Origin: Candidatus Poribacteria bacterium
Lineage (GTDB): Bacteria; Poribacteria; WGA-4E; WGA-3G
NCBI GenBank assembly: GCA_964291315.2
Contig: OZ219750.1
Span: forward strand, 448,001 to 512,000
Direction: 5' to 3'
DNA length: 64,000 bases
Shown here: positions 40,081 through 51,586 of the stretch, piece after piece
How positions within the stretch are numbered: the stretch's first letter is position 1
Layout: the number at the start of each line of letters is the position of its first letter
The notes under the pieces: generated by a model
Seen by the model: only the letters and a program-made list of their open reading frames with translations
Told to the model about the DNA's origin: nothing
Database searches by the model: none
Made by a program: the position numbers and the translations under genes

Positions 40081-40545
40081 ATGGAAACAGAACAGACACT
40101 GGTTCTGATTAAACCGGATGCAGTCCAACGCGGACTTATCGGTGAAGTTATTGCGCGCTATGAACGCAAGGGACTTAAGGTAGTGGGGATGAAGCTTCAG
40201 CAACTGTCCCGTGACACAGTAGAAGCTCTCTATTCTGTTCATCAGGGACGTGCTTTTTACGATGTGCTGGTTGAGTTTATGACTTCGGCTCCGAGCGTTG
40301 CTTTGGTTATTGAAGGACGGTCGGCTATAGAATTGGTACGCGTTATCAACGGAGATACCGATCCCACGACATCGCAACCGGGGACAATCCGAGGTGATTT
40401 CTCAGTGAATATCACGCATAATATTGTACACGCGTCGGATTCTGTAGAGAATGCCCGGCTTGAGCTCGAGATCGTGTTTGGAGCTGAGGCTCTCTGCAAA
40501 TATAAGCGAATGGACGAGTCGATCTTGCATCCTACAGTCGTCTAA
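40081..40545 (+). CDS. ndk: Nucleoside diphosphate kinase
   Basis: TLVLIKPDAVQRGLIGEVI, PGTIRGDF, NIVHASDS. Confidence 0.96.
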   Translation: METEQTLVLIKPDAVQRGLIGEVIARYERKGLKVVGMKLQQLSRDTVEALYSVHQGRAFYDVLVEFMTSAPSVALVIEGRSAIELVRVINGDTDPTTSQPGTIRGDFSVNITHNIVHASDSVENARLELEIVFGAEALCKYKRMDESILHPTVV

Positions 40546-40626
40546 TTTGGGCAAATAGAATGCTTTTTTAATCAATATGCACAATTCCTGTGCAAAAATA
40601 CGATAAACAGATGGAGGTTAACAAAA

Positions 40627-41403
40627 GTGAGATTTTTTTATATGTGTGTTTTGATCGCTGTGCTTCTCTTTGGGTTCGGCTTCAGTGTTTATGCCGCTAA
40701 GAGCGACTGCGAAAATTTGGATGGCGATGGCGCGAAACCTGTCAAGGAAGTGAATAAGGAAGGGGACGCTGTCCAGAACGATTATGATGAGGTCGTTGAA
40801 GAGGATGACCGGGAGGGTGTCACGTATCTTGCCTTGATTGGCGGTAGCCAACCCAAGCCAAATAAATGTGGGCTTATTCCTAAGAACGACGAAGGAGAGT
40901 GGACGGGCTGGGGCGGTCCCCTTGACACAGACAACGCTACTATCGGCGAGGGCGTTGGCACGCGTAACGAGATCGTCATCGGCGGGATCTATTTCGAACG
41001 CGGCATCGGTGCACATTCGATTGCTACGTTTGTCTACGATCTCAGCGGCGATAATTACCTTAAATTTGAAGGCTATGTCGGTATGTCAGATGAGAAGGAT
41101 CCTGCGGAATGTGGTCATGGCGGAAGCGGTGATTTCATTTTTAGCGTTGATGGGAAACAAACTTTCAAATCTGATACGCTTCAAGGCACGGACGGTGGAA
41201 AGAATGTTGATGCTGTCAAGGTCGAGTTTGACATTCCTGCAAACGCCAAGGAGCTTGAGATCGTCATGGGTGATGGCGGTGACGGAGCCGGCTGCGATCA
41301 TTCTGCGATTGGCGATGCTAAGCTCCTCAATGCTCAGGCACTTGCTGTTGAACCAGCGAACAAGCTTCCGACAATTTGGGGGCACCTGAAAGCGAGTTAT
41401 TAG
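40627..41403 (+). CDS. Secreted NPCBM/NEW2-domain protein with C-terminal KLPTIWGHLK motif
   Basis: Signal peptide; IGGIYFERGIGAHS...YDLSG..Y..FEGYVG, DH..IGDAKL. Confidence 0.82.
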   Translation: MRFFYMCVLIAVLLFGFGFSVYAAKSDCENLDGDGAKPVKEVNKEGDAVQNDYDEVVEEDDREGVTYLALIGGSQPKPNKCGLIPKNDEGEWTGWGGPLDTDNATIGEGVGTRNEIVIGGIYFERGIGAHSIATFVYDLSGDNYLKFEGYVGMSDEKDPAECGHGGSGDFIFSVDGKQTFKSDTLQGTDGGKNVDAVKVEFDIPANAKELEIVMGDGGDGAGCDHSAIGDAKLLNAQALAVEPANKLPTIWGHLKASY

Positions 41404-41509
41404 TATTTGTTTTTGGATCTATCCGTGTTCTGTAGGAGGGCTTTCCGAGTGCTGTTGGCTTTTGGAACTGCTTTTTACGGCTATACTTAAGAAACGAAAC
41501 TTACTATTG

Positions 41510-41719
41510 TAACGTGATCTTGATAAAAGGGTTAGCGTTCACGGCTGCCCCTCGGTGGCTGCTGAAGTTCAGATCTGTTCAACAAATGCTTATGTCCCAC
41601 AGCTGATACGCTAGCAACGCAGAGTTGATATTCCGTTCGCGTTTCCTAAAGCTCCGAATTATACCAAGGCAGTCCTCTTTAGAGAAAGAAAATACGGATT
41701 ATTTATCAAGCTCGCGTTA
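41510..41719. mobile_element. MITE with TAACGTGA.../...CGCGTTA terminal IRs
   Basis: taacgtgatcttgataa ... ttatcaagctcgcgtta imperfect IR. Confidence 0.6.
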
Positions 41720-41782
41720 TCGTAGGAAATATAGGGCGAAAGTAAAACCGTTTTGATTTGTTAGGCGTATCATTTATAATCT

Positions 41783-42220
41783 ATGAAACCCATGAAAGAT
41801 TTGTCCACTCACACTTCAATCAAAATGTCAGAAGGGCTTGGCAAAGTGCACCGTGTTGGTTGCTCCTCCTCTGATCTAAGCCTTCCTGTTTTGTTGCTTT
41901 TTAGCAATTTTACCCCCCCCCACTACTTTACATTAGTTAGGTTTTTGGTTCATATATTTCTTCACCAAACTGCGTCAGTGTTTACTGCTGTCGCGGTTTT
42001 TTCGCGCCTGCTCGTGCCTTGCACGTTGCAGGCTATTTTTGTTGTCGCGTCGGGATTTTCCCGGTGCATGTTTCGCTGCTATCTTGCCTCTACAGGGCTT
42101 TGCACCTGCCGTGGCGGATGTACATGCGTATCTGTAACTTGTAACGTGGGTTTGCAAAAAGATTTAGGAGAGCTCTCTTGCGGCATAACATGTCAGTCTG
42201 TGCTTTTTCAGCACTTGTAG
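41783..42220 (+). other. Poly-C (C9, 41913-41921) leader ORF, in frame; 3' end runs into a MITE
   Basis: First ~55 codons align without gaps to the 11189 leader. Confidence 0.55.
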
Positions 42221-42322
42221 CAGAGTCTGCTAGACTGTGCATCCGTAGCCTGGTTTCTTATTAGGCTGTGCAAGGATCCTCTTTATTCAAAGATGAGCCA
42301 AATGGTTATCAAGCTTGCGTTA
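42142..42322. mobile_element. MITE with TAACGTG terminal IRs and internal REP-like gtagcagag.ctg units
   Basis: taacgtgggtttgcaaaaagatttagg ... ttatcaagcttgcgtta; internal parts match the reverse complement of 62416-62562. Confidence 0.65.
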
Positions 42323-42372
42323 TTGTAGAGGCGCGTTCTCAGCGCGCTCACAAATATTGAAAGGAAAGCATT

Positions 42373-43140
42373 ATGAAGAAAGTTGTATTAACCCTCGGCG
42401 TTGTCTGTTTCAGCCTCATCGCTGTTCAGATCAGCACCGCCGAGATTGATTTTGATTCTGCAGTCGGTATCTGGCTTTTTGACGAAGGCAAAGGCGGCGT
42501 TGCTGCGGACATGTCGGGTGAAGGGAATGATGGGGAGGTCGTTAAAGCTCCATGGGTAAAAGGCAAATTCGGGATGGCACTCGAATTTGACGGAAAAGCG
42601 GGCTGCGTTAAGACCGAACAAAAACTTCTTGAGGTTCTCGAGGAATTCACGATTCTTGCATGGATACAGAGCACGGACGCTCCGCCGGCACGGACTGGAC
42701 TCGTCGGACAGAACAATGCCCCTGAATTCGGCTTTATTACCACGAATGAACTTAGCCTTTGGACCCCTTCGGCGGGTTTGACGAATAATCCTTGGAAGTT
42801 CAAACATGGCGATGGTGAATGGCATCATGTCGGGTGTGTCGCTACGACAGACTATGTCCATACGTATATCGATGGTGAATATGCCGAGCAGGAAGGGAAG
42901 TGGGCAAACCATGGCGGTTCTCCGTTTAACGTCAATATTGGGGGCTGCGGTGTCTGGGATGATGCGGGGAACTTTTTCCCGGGTCTAATAGACGAAGTCA
43001 TGATTTTCCACTCAGCCTTGGAACAAGAAGATATTCAGGCGCTTATGGACAAAGGCTATCAAGGATATTTGGCTGTTGACCCTGAGGACAAACTGGGGAC
43101 AACTTGGGGGCATATTAAAGCGACACATTATCTCAGGTAA
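42373..43140 (+). CDS. Secreted LamG-like jellyroll protein with C-terminal KLGTTWGHIK motif
   Basis: GIWLFDEG.G, GKFG.ALEFDG, WHHV, YIDG, F.GLIDEV.IF..AL. Confidence 0.88.
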   Translation: MKKVVLTLGVVCFSLIAVQISTAEIDFDSAVGIWLFDEGKGGVAADMSGEGNDGEVVKAPWVKGKFGMALEFDGKAGCVKTEQKLLEVLEEFTILAWIQSTDAPPARTGLVGQNNAPEFGFITTNELSLWTPSAGLTNNPWKFKHGDGEWHHVGCVATTDYVHTYIDGEYAEQEGKWANHGGSPFNVNIGGCGVWDDAGNFFPGLIDEVMIFHSALEQEDIQALMDKGYQGYLAVDPEDKLGTTWGHIKATHYLR

Positions 43141-43182
43141 TAACCTTCCGCGTCCTATAGAAGGTTTTCCCAATGCTGGCAG

Positions 43183-43213
43183 TAATTGCCTGTTTTCAGA
43201 AGACAGGCAATTA
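43183..43213. terminator. Hairpin between convergent genes
   Basis: taattgcctgtttt-cag-aagacaggcaatta. Confidence 0.6.
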
Positions 43214-44806
43214 CTTCAATTCGTGCAGTTCCCTAAGTTTGTCTAGCGCAACTTTATTATTTGGCTCTAATTCTAAAATCTTTTCAAAGATGCCAATCGC
43301 GTTTGGGATATTTCCGAGGTGCTGGTAAGCTACCCCTAGCGCGCCATACGCTCGGAGGTGTTTGGCATCAATTTTGATAACCTTTTTAAATTGTGAGATG
43401 GCCTCAAGGTGGTGTTCTTTCATCAGAAAGATGAGGCCGAGTCTATAGAGAGCTTGCGTGTCTGTTTCATCGTAGCGGATAACCTGTGTGTAGTGCGGCT
43501 CGGTTTCGGTATACCGGCGTTTTTTCCAATAAACATTGGCAAGGTTGCGGTGCAGGGTGGGTTTGACTGGCTGCAGTTCGAGTGCTTTCTGATAGTGCGT
43601 GATCGCTTTTTCAAGTTGATTTGTGTTTTCGTACACCATTGCCAGATTCGCGTGTGCATTGGAAAAAAAAGTGTCATAATCCGAGAGGTTGATTTGCCTT
43701 TGATGTTTGTGATTTTCTTTTTTATTCGTTAGAGGTTTCCCTAGTTGAAGTGTCTTTTGACAGGCGAGAATTGCTGCGTCTGTCTGTCCAATTTCATAGT
43801 AGATTTGTCCCATGTAGTTATAGACTTGTGCTTTCAGGTAGGCGATCTCGTCCTTTCTCCGTTGTTTTTGAATCTCTGTGTCGTTGTGGAGTATCCACTG
43901 TGCTCTCTCGAATACAGCTAGAGCTTCTTGATGTCTTTCTGTATGAAGGAGCGAGATGCCGTAGTTTAGCCATATTTTTATATCTTTTTGCGTATCTGAG
44001 ATGAGTGGTTTAAATTCAGCGGCGGCGCGGGCATAATTGCCGTTTAACATATAGTATCTCCCGCGTTCGGCATATAAGGATGCGGTGACCCCGGCTTGTA
44101 AGACTTTCCTCCATATTGGATCTGGTAACTCGCCATATTGGCTCGGCCGGCGTGCCGCTTGTGCGTGCAGTTGCGCGGCTTGTGTATTTCCTGAAACGAT
44201 TTCGATTTGTGCCATCAATGCGTGTGCTTCGCTTTGTCTTGGGTTCAGACGGAGGGCGTGTTCGAAATGCGCCCGGGCGGTTTCTATCTGTTGTTTGGAG
44301 AGTGCAATTTCCCCTAGCCAGAGTTCGGAGAACGGGTTGTTGGGTTGAAGCTGCCTTGCCCGTTCCAGATGATGGCGCGCCTCATCGAGCCGTCCTAAAA
44401 TACGGAGTGCCGATGCCAGATAGAGATGTGCAGGTACGTATTGGGGATCCAAGACAAGTGCGCGTTTCAGCTGTTGAACCGCGGCTTCTGGTTGGTGGTG
44501 CTTGTTGAGTCTTCCTAGTAGATAGTGCCATCGCAATTCATTGGGAGCAAGTTGACTGGCTTGGCGATAGCATGGTATCGCTGGAATTTCCCAGCTGTGA
44601 CTCAAGTAGACATCTCCCAAGTATCCCCAGACCTTCGCAGCATCGGGAGAATTTCGGACGGCTGCTTGGGCGGCTTCGATTGCCGCTAAAAGACGCTTTT
44701 CCTCCACGAGACCGAGATCAGCCGGTTGTGGAATGTCAATTTCACCCTCTACACATGTAAGCGGACTCATCAAGATAAGGCATAGATAGAGCGTTAATTT
44801 CTTCAA
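43211..44806 (-). CDS. Tetratricopeptide repeat protein
   Basis: Signal peptide, many TPR units; overlaps the CRTAC1 stop. Confidence 0.9.
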   Translation of the reverse strand: MKKLTLYLCLILMSPLTCVEGEIDIPQPADLGLVEEKRLLAAIEAAQAAVRNSPDAAKVWGYLGDVYLSHSWEIPAIPCYRQASQLAPNELRWHYLLGRLNKHHQPEAAVQQLKRALVLDPQYVPAHLYLASALRILGRLDEARHHLERARQLQPNNPFSELWLGEIALSKQQIETARAHFEHALRLNPRQSEAHALMAQIEIVSGNTQAAQLHAQAARRPSQYGELPDPIWRKVLQAGVTASLYAERGRYYMLNGNYARAAAEFKPLISDTQKDIKIWLNYGISLLHTERHQEALAVFERAQWILHNDTEIQKQRRKDEIAYLKAQVYNYMGQIYYEIGQTDAAILACQKTLQLGKPLTNKKENHKHQRQINLSDYDTFFSNAHANLAMVYENTNQLEKAITHYQKALELQPVKPTLHRNLANVYWKKRRYTETEPHYTQVIRYDETDTQALYRLGLIFLMKEHHLEAISQFKKVIKIDAKHLRAYGALGVAYQHLGNIPNAIGIFEKILELEPNNKVALDKLRELHELK

Positions 44807-46485
44807 AACGGTACCCCTTCTCCCTGATACACCCTTATGCGTCTGTTGGCAGCTGTGCCCTTAAATTTTTCACGATTCCCGTCCGGCCAGTGCACCTCAA
44901 TTGCTTGAACTGCATCAATGCTCCCCAATCCGAAATGTACACTCGGTTCACTGCTGCTGAGGTAACTTGTCCCGCGCAGTACGTAACCCGTCATGTCGCG
45001 TGCTTTTGTGTGTAGCGTTACTTGTGCCCCGAGTGCATGACGATTCTTAGTGATTGCCTGAATAGAAAGCCAGTTATTTTGAGGTGTGCCTGCATCGTTT
45101 CGGAAACAGCGGATTCGATCGTCTAGACTGCTCACGACCATATCGATATCGCCGTCCCGGTCGATGTCTCCAAAAGCGAGTCCGCGACTTACCTCAATCC
45201 GTCTTGTAAAGTCGGGAGCGAGCGAACTCACATCGTTAAATTCGAGAGATCTGCTTGTATTTTCAGTGTCTTTCCCAGAATTTTGGAAGAGTAGATTCGG
45301 CTCGCCGTAAAAGTTCCAAAACGCTTCCATGGTTGCCCCCTCTAAGGGTGCTCCTCGCTTCACTCGCCCGTTGACGAGGGCGATATCCAGGTCTGCATCG
45401 TTATCGAAATCGAAAAATCCGCATCCAAAGCCTGTAAAGGGCAGATCACGCCCTGCGAATCCTGCGGCTTCAGTCATGTCGACAAATACTGTGTGTGAAG
45501 AGGTGATGTAAAGCGTGTTCGTTTCACCTGACAAATGTGTTGCAAATAGGTCTGCTCGCCTATCACGGTTGACATCGCCGACTGCGATGCCCATGCTTCC
45601 TTCGGGTTGCCCGTAGGCGTTAAAGGCGAGACCTCGCACGATCGCCTCTTCGTTGAAAGTGCCGTCTGTCTGATTTACCCACAGTTGATTTGCTTCGCCG
45701 TCGTTTGCGACGTAAAAGTCTACCCACCCGTCTCCTGTCACATCGAGGCAGACAACGCCGAGGCCTCTTCCGGGCACTGAGGCAATCCCTGCTTGTTGTG
45801 TCACATCAGTGAACGTGCCGTCACCCCTGTTTTGGAATAGACGGTCTGGGGCTGGCTCGAAGACTTGTGGGTTGCAGTAATCTAGGGCGCTATGCTTGCC
45901 GCGACACAGGACTTCTGGATCAAATTGAACATAATTGGCAATATAGAGATCGAGGTAGCCGTCTCTGTTGTAATCTCCGAAGGTCGCTGATGTGCCCCAC
46001 GCCTCGTTTGAGATGCCTATTTCTGCGAGGCTAAAAGTACCGTCACCGTTGTTTCGGTAGAATGCATCAGGTCCGTAGTTGGTTACGTGGACATCAGCGT
46101 CTCCATCGTTATCTACGTCTCCGATTGCGACACCTTGTCCGTAGCCTTCGTCGCCGATGCCAGCGCTTGCTGTAACGTCGATGAACGTTCCGTCGGGTTG
46201 CTGTCGAAAGAGGCGATTAGGTGCTGGTGTCTCGGTTCGTCCCGGTGGGGGAAATCGGATGTGCAGGATATCCAATGCAGTATCGTTGTCATAATCAAAT
46301 AGGGCAACGCCGCTGCCGATGATCTCATGCAGAGCGTATGTGCCTGCTGGCCAGGCCTCAGTTGTCTGTGCAACATCTAGTGCTGCAGTTACTTCTGTAA
46401 AGACGGGTGCATCGGTTTCTGATGAGGCTGTGCACACGAGGGTGGTCAGTAGAATAAAAGTTGTGATGTATTGTTTAACAACCAT
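44803..46485 (-). CDS. CRTAC1/ASPIC-UnbV family FG-GAP repeat protein
   Basis: DYDND..LD, GDVDNDGD.D, SRGLAFGDIDRDGDID, SYLSSSEPSVHFGLG. Confidence 0.92.
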   Translation of the reverse strand: MVVKQYITTFILLTTLVCTASSETDAPVFTEVTAALDVAQTTEAWPAGTYALHEIIGSGVALFDYDNDTALDILHIRFPPPGRTETPAPNRLFRQQPDGTFIDVTASAGIGDEGYGQGVAIGDVDNDGDADVHVTNYGPDAFYRNNGDGTFSLAEIGISNEAWGTSATFGDYNRDGYLDLYIANYVQFDPEVLCRGKHSALDYCNPQVFEPAPDRLFQNRGDGTFTDVTQQAGIASVPGRGLGVVCLDVTGDGWVDFYVANDGEANQLWVNQTDGTFNEEAIVRGLAFNAYGQPEGSMGIAVGDVNRDRRADLFATHLSGETNTLYITSSHTVFVDMTEAAGFAGRDLPFTGFGCGFFDFDNDADLDIALVNGRVKRGAPLEGATMEAFWNFYGEPNLLFQNSGKDTENTSRSLEFNDVSSLAPDFTRRIEVSRGLAFGDIDRDGDIDMVVSSLDDRIRCFRNDAGTPQNNWLSIQAITKNRHALGAQVTLHTKARDMTGYVLRGTSYLSSSEPSVHFGLGSIDAVQAIEVHWPDGNREKFKGTAANRRIRVYQGEGVPF

Positions 46486-46715
46486 ATTTGATATTGGGTT
46501 TATAGATTTCAGGGTCTAAAGTTTCTACGTTTTTAATATCAAGAGAGGTTTGCATTCATATGTTCCTGCCGTATTCTATCAGAATTCTGTTCTTTTTGCT
46601 ATCTATTTTTGAAAGGCTGTCTATAGCAGTTCGGAATCGGAGTTCCTTCCTAAAGTGGCGGGTTGCCAAGTTTGGGTCCAACCCGCGTTCTCTCGTGCTA
46701 TTGTTAAAATAAATT

Positions 46716-46744
46716 TGACAAATAGTGGGAAATATATTATACTC
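46716..46744 (+). promoter_or_regulatory. Sigma70-type promoter
   Basis: TTGACA-17bp-TATACT. Confidence 0.7.
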
Positions 46745-46749
46745 TATTA

Positions 46750-46888
46750 TAATGTGAGTTTGAAAAAGATTTAGAGGTCCAAAAAGCATCGGTAACTCTG
46801 TTGAATGAAAAACATGAAAGGGTCAGACTTGCTTATACCCAAGGTTTCTGTTTGTTCTATGGGCTAAATATTTATCAAACTCATGTTA
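46750..46888. mobile_element. MITE (139 bp) with TAA(C/T)GTGAGTTTGA terminal IRs
   Basis: taatgtgagtttgaaaaa ... tttatcaaactcatgtta. Confidence 0.7.
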
Positions 46889-46974
46889 GATACAAGGTTG
46901 GAGAAACCTTAACCTTTTTCAAAAGAATCCTCCGTGCTTTCGCCGGGGGTATATGTCAATAGAGAGGTGATAGT

Positions 46975-47743
46975 ATGTTAAAGGATTTGCTTTCCAGTCG
47001 ATGGTTTCAAGGCGGGCTTGCGTTCTTTGTGCTGGTTGTCGGAGGGAGTCTGCTGTATTCTTGGAACACCCTCCGCACTACAAAAAGTGATATGGAACGA
47101 CACGCCCGATTTTTACAACGGCTGGAAAAAGAGAACGAGACACCCACTGCAGAAACGCTGAACGTTCAGAATGCGGATGGAACCACAGACATTGTAGAGA
47201 ACCCGATGGAAAACATCACGACACACAGTGAGGTATCTGACGGAACTCTACCCAATGATGCGGTAAGTGCCTCAACAGATGCGTTCTTATTAGAAGATGG
47301 CGCATTAACAGATGCCCTCGCTGAAGAGGTAGCTGTCTCACCCTACGGCTTCGGGCCTTATCCTGAACTGCCAGCAGGTTGGTCTCCTGACACGTTCCCG
47401 ACCCCAACTCCTGAACACGAGTTACTTAAAGCGGGTGCGGATAAAACTGATTTCTCAGGGCATAAACGCTGAAGGTGCCGCATATGGGGAACACAATTTA
47501 ATATACCCTATTGTCAAGGGGACTGTCTATGTAGAATGGACGCTTTATGACGGGCCCGCCGGTCTTACAAAACGGATCGGTATCTTGTATGGTCATCCCG
47601 CAGATGTTCCGCGGATAGAGGCGCTTCAAGAGGAAGCCAGAAGAACAAAGGGAAGTTTTCCTGAGTCGCGAGTCCCATCGGATATAAAACTGATCCCTCT
47701 TAAAGAGGGGGGTATCAACCCTTACGAGTTTCTAAACTTATAG
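46975..47743 (+). pseudogene. Single-TM hypothetical protein split by a 1-nt frameshift near 47430
   Basis: ORFs 46975..47472 and 47435..47743 overlap; removing one A gives ...EHELLKRVRIKLISQG... Confidence 0.6.
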
Positions 47744-47909
47744 TAAAACTAAAGGAGCAAACTGATGTTAAAACGTTTCTTGTTATCTCTAATTATTCTA
47801 ACACTCCTCGGTGGCGGTGGCGATATTATCCGTCTCTGAAAACAGACTATGCACAATCGCAGTTGGGAATTAGGAAATCCCTCCTAGAGAAAAAGATTAA
47901 GTTCACGCT

Positions 47910-49031
47910 ATGCAGTCGAATCGTCTGCAACAATATTTGGACCGGTACCTCGGCATTCCACTTAACTTCCTGTTCCGCCCGTTTAGTCCCGGCGCGCCAG
48001 TACCTGACACGCCAGAAAAAATCCTATTTATTCAGCTCTCCGCACTTGGCGACACAATCTTAGCTATTCCTGCTATCCGGGCTGTCCGACACACCTTCCC
48101 TAACGCTGAATTGACAATGTTAGCTTCGGCGACCAACCTGAATTATCTTGCACACTGTCCATATATCGACAAGCGTATCACCTTCCGGATCCCCGAACCT
48201 GGCTTGTGGATGAGACTGCGTCGGGAAGGCTTCGATTGGGCGATTGATCTAGAACATTGGCCCCGATTGAGTGCGTTACTCGCCTATGTGAGTTGGGCTC
48301 CGATGCGGATAGGGTTTCGGACACCAGGACAGCATCGTCATTTTCTTTTTACAGAATCTGTGGCGCATATCGCGGGCCAACATGAAGTTCAGAATTTCTT
48401 GAATATTGCGAGACGGCTGGGGTGTCTGTCCGTTGAATCTGGGCTTGAAGTCTGGTGTAGCGAAGCCGATCGGAGGTGGGTATATCAAACCTTGGAACAA
48501 GAAGAGGTCTCACAGGAGGCACCGGTTTTTGTGCTGCATCCTGAGGCAGGTAGGCGTGGTGAACCGCGAAGACGGTGGCCCCTGGAGCGTTATGTGGCTT
48601 TGGCAAATGCCCTTGTGGCGCGTTACGGGGCGCAGATCGTCCTGACAGGTGCGCGGGGAGAGATAAAGGTTGTTGAAGAAATTGCGAAACGGACGAAACA
48701 TCGGGCGGTCATGCTTGCGGGTCGGACAGATGTTAATCAGCTCGCTGCACTCTTTGCGGAGGCGACACTCGTTGTGAGTGGCAACTGCGGCCCGATGCAC
48801 CTTGCTGCAGCGGCGGGGGCTCGCGTGATTGGGCTGCATGGTCCGACGAATTTTGCCCAGTGGGGGCCTTGGGGTCATAAAGCTGGTGTTGTCTGTGCAT
48901 CCATGCCGTGTAGTCCGTGTCTCAATTTGGGATTTGAATACGGGTGTCAGGCGTTATCGGATGGCACCTCACCGTGTATGCACACGATCCAGGTGGCGCG
49001 GGTGATTCAGGCATGTGAAGCGTTGTTATAG
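47910..49031 (+). CDS. Glycosyltransferase family 9 (LPS heptosyltransferase-like)
   Basis: LSALGD.ILA.PA, HP.AG...RRWP.E.Y, GNCGPMHLAAA.G...IGLHGPT. Confidence 0.9.
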   Translation: MQSNRLQQYLDRYLGIPLNFLFRPFSPGAPVPDTPEKILFIQLSALGDTILAIPAIRAVRHTFPNAELTMLASATNLNYLAHCPYIDKRITFRIPEPGLWMRLRREGFDWAIDLEHWPRLSALLAYVSWAPMRIGFRTPGQHRHFLFTESVAHIAGQHEVQNFLNIARRLGCLSVESGLEVWCSEADRRWVYQTLEQEEVSQEAPVFVLHPEAGRRGEPRRRWPLERYVALANALVARYGAQIVLTGARGEIKVVEEIAKRTKHRAVMLAGRTDVNQLAALFAEATLVVSGNCGPMHLAAAAGARVIGLHGPTNFAQWGPWGHKAGVVCASMPCSPCLNLGFEYGCQALSDGTSPCMHTIQVARVIQACEALL

Positions 49032-49133
49032 AGCTTGTCAGCTGTCAACAAATACCCGTGTTAGAAGGAGGCAGCATTCAGAGATGCTGTTTACGCAACA
49101 GAGAAAGCGACTCCTTGTCTTAGATATTAAAAG

Positions 49134-49162
49134 AAAAAAGGTGCGGTTCGGAAACCGCACCT
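49134..49162 (-). terminator. Rho-independent terminator of groEL
   Basis: aggtgcggtt-cgga-aaccgcacct with a U-run on the minus strand. Confidence 0.85.
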
Positions 49163-49172
49163 CTGTATGGTT

Positions 49173-51105
<1,933 letters not shown>

Positions 51106-51368
51106 CTAGGTGAATCCTCCTTGAGTTTGGCAAAATTAAGGGTTGAGGTTGCTACGCCTCAGTACCGCTTCACGTTGTTCTCATATTTAGAGAAACGTTT
51201 TTATAAAATAGCAACATAAGTTCCATAAATGAAGTTTTCAGAAACCCGGAACGTCTATTTGTCAGAACCCGTGGATTTCTTGTAGCACAATATTTTAGAT
51301 TGTCTTTATAAGTTAAGCTGCAAGCTAAAATTTTGCACCACAAATACAGAACTTTATGTTTAAAGATA

Positions 51369-51384
51369 AGCAATTTTCGTGCCA
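51369..51384 (-). promoter_or_regulatory. Sigma54 (-24/-12) promoter upstream of groES
   Basis: Minus strand TGGCAC-GAAAA-TTGCT matches TGGCAC-N5-TTGCW. Confidence 0.75.
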
Positions 51385-51426
51385 ACCCGTAAAAGTGCCA
51401 TATCGGCTTAGATTTGGGGCGATGTG

Positions 51427-51503
51427 TGACAATATGGCATACTTTCAAGGGTGACAATTTGTCTTAAGAAAGGGACAAGCGGACAATATGTGTCATTTTG
51501 TCA
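51427..51503. promoter_or_regulatory. Repeated TG.CA-N3-TG.C(A) boxes, putative activator (UAS) sites
   Basis: tgacaatatggca (51427), tgacaatttgtct (51452), tgtcattttgtca (51491). Confidence 0.55.
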
Positions 51504-51586
51504 CATCAATGGCAAGTAGTTGGTTCTTCGCTAACTGTTCTTTCTTAAGAGTTATCGCTGACGGTTGATGATCGATACCGATGCTG

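Noticed and set aside
51120-51160. CIRCE operator upstream of groES
   Set aside because: Only a weak TAGCA...TGCCAA resemblance; spacing and inner CTC/GAG do not match
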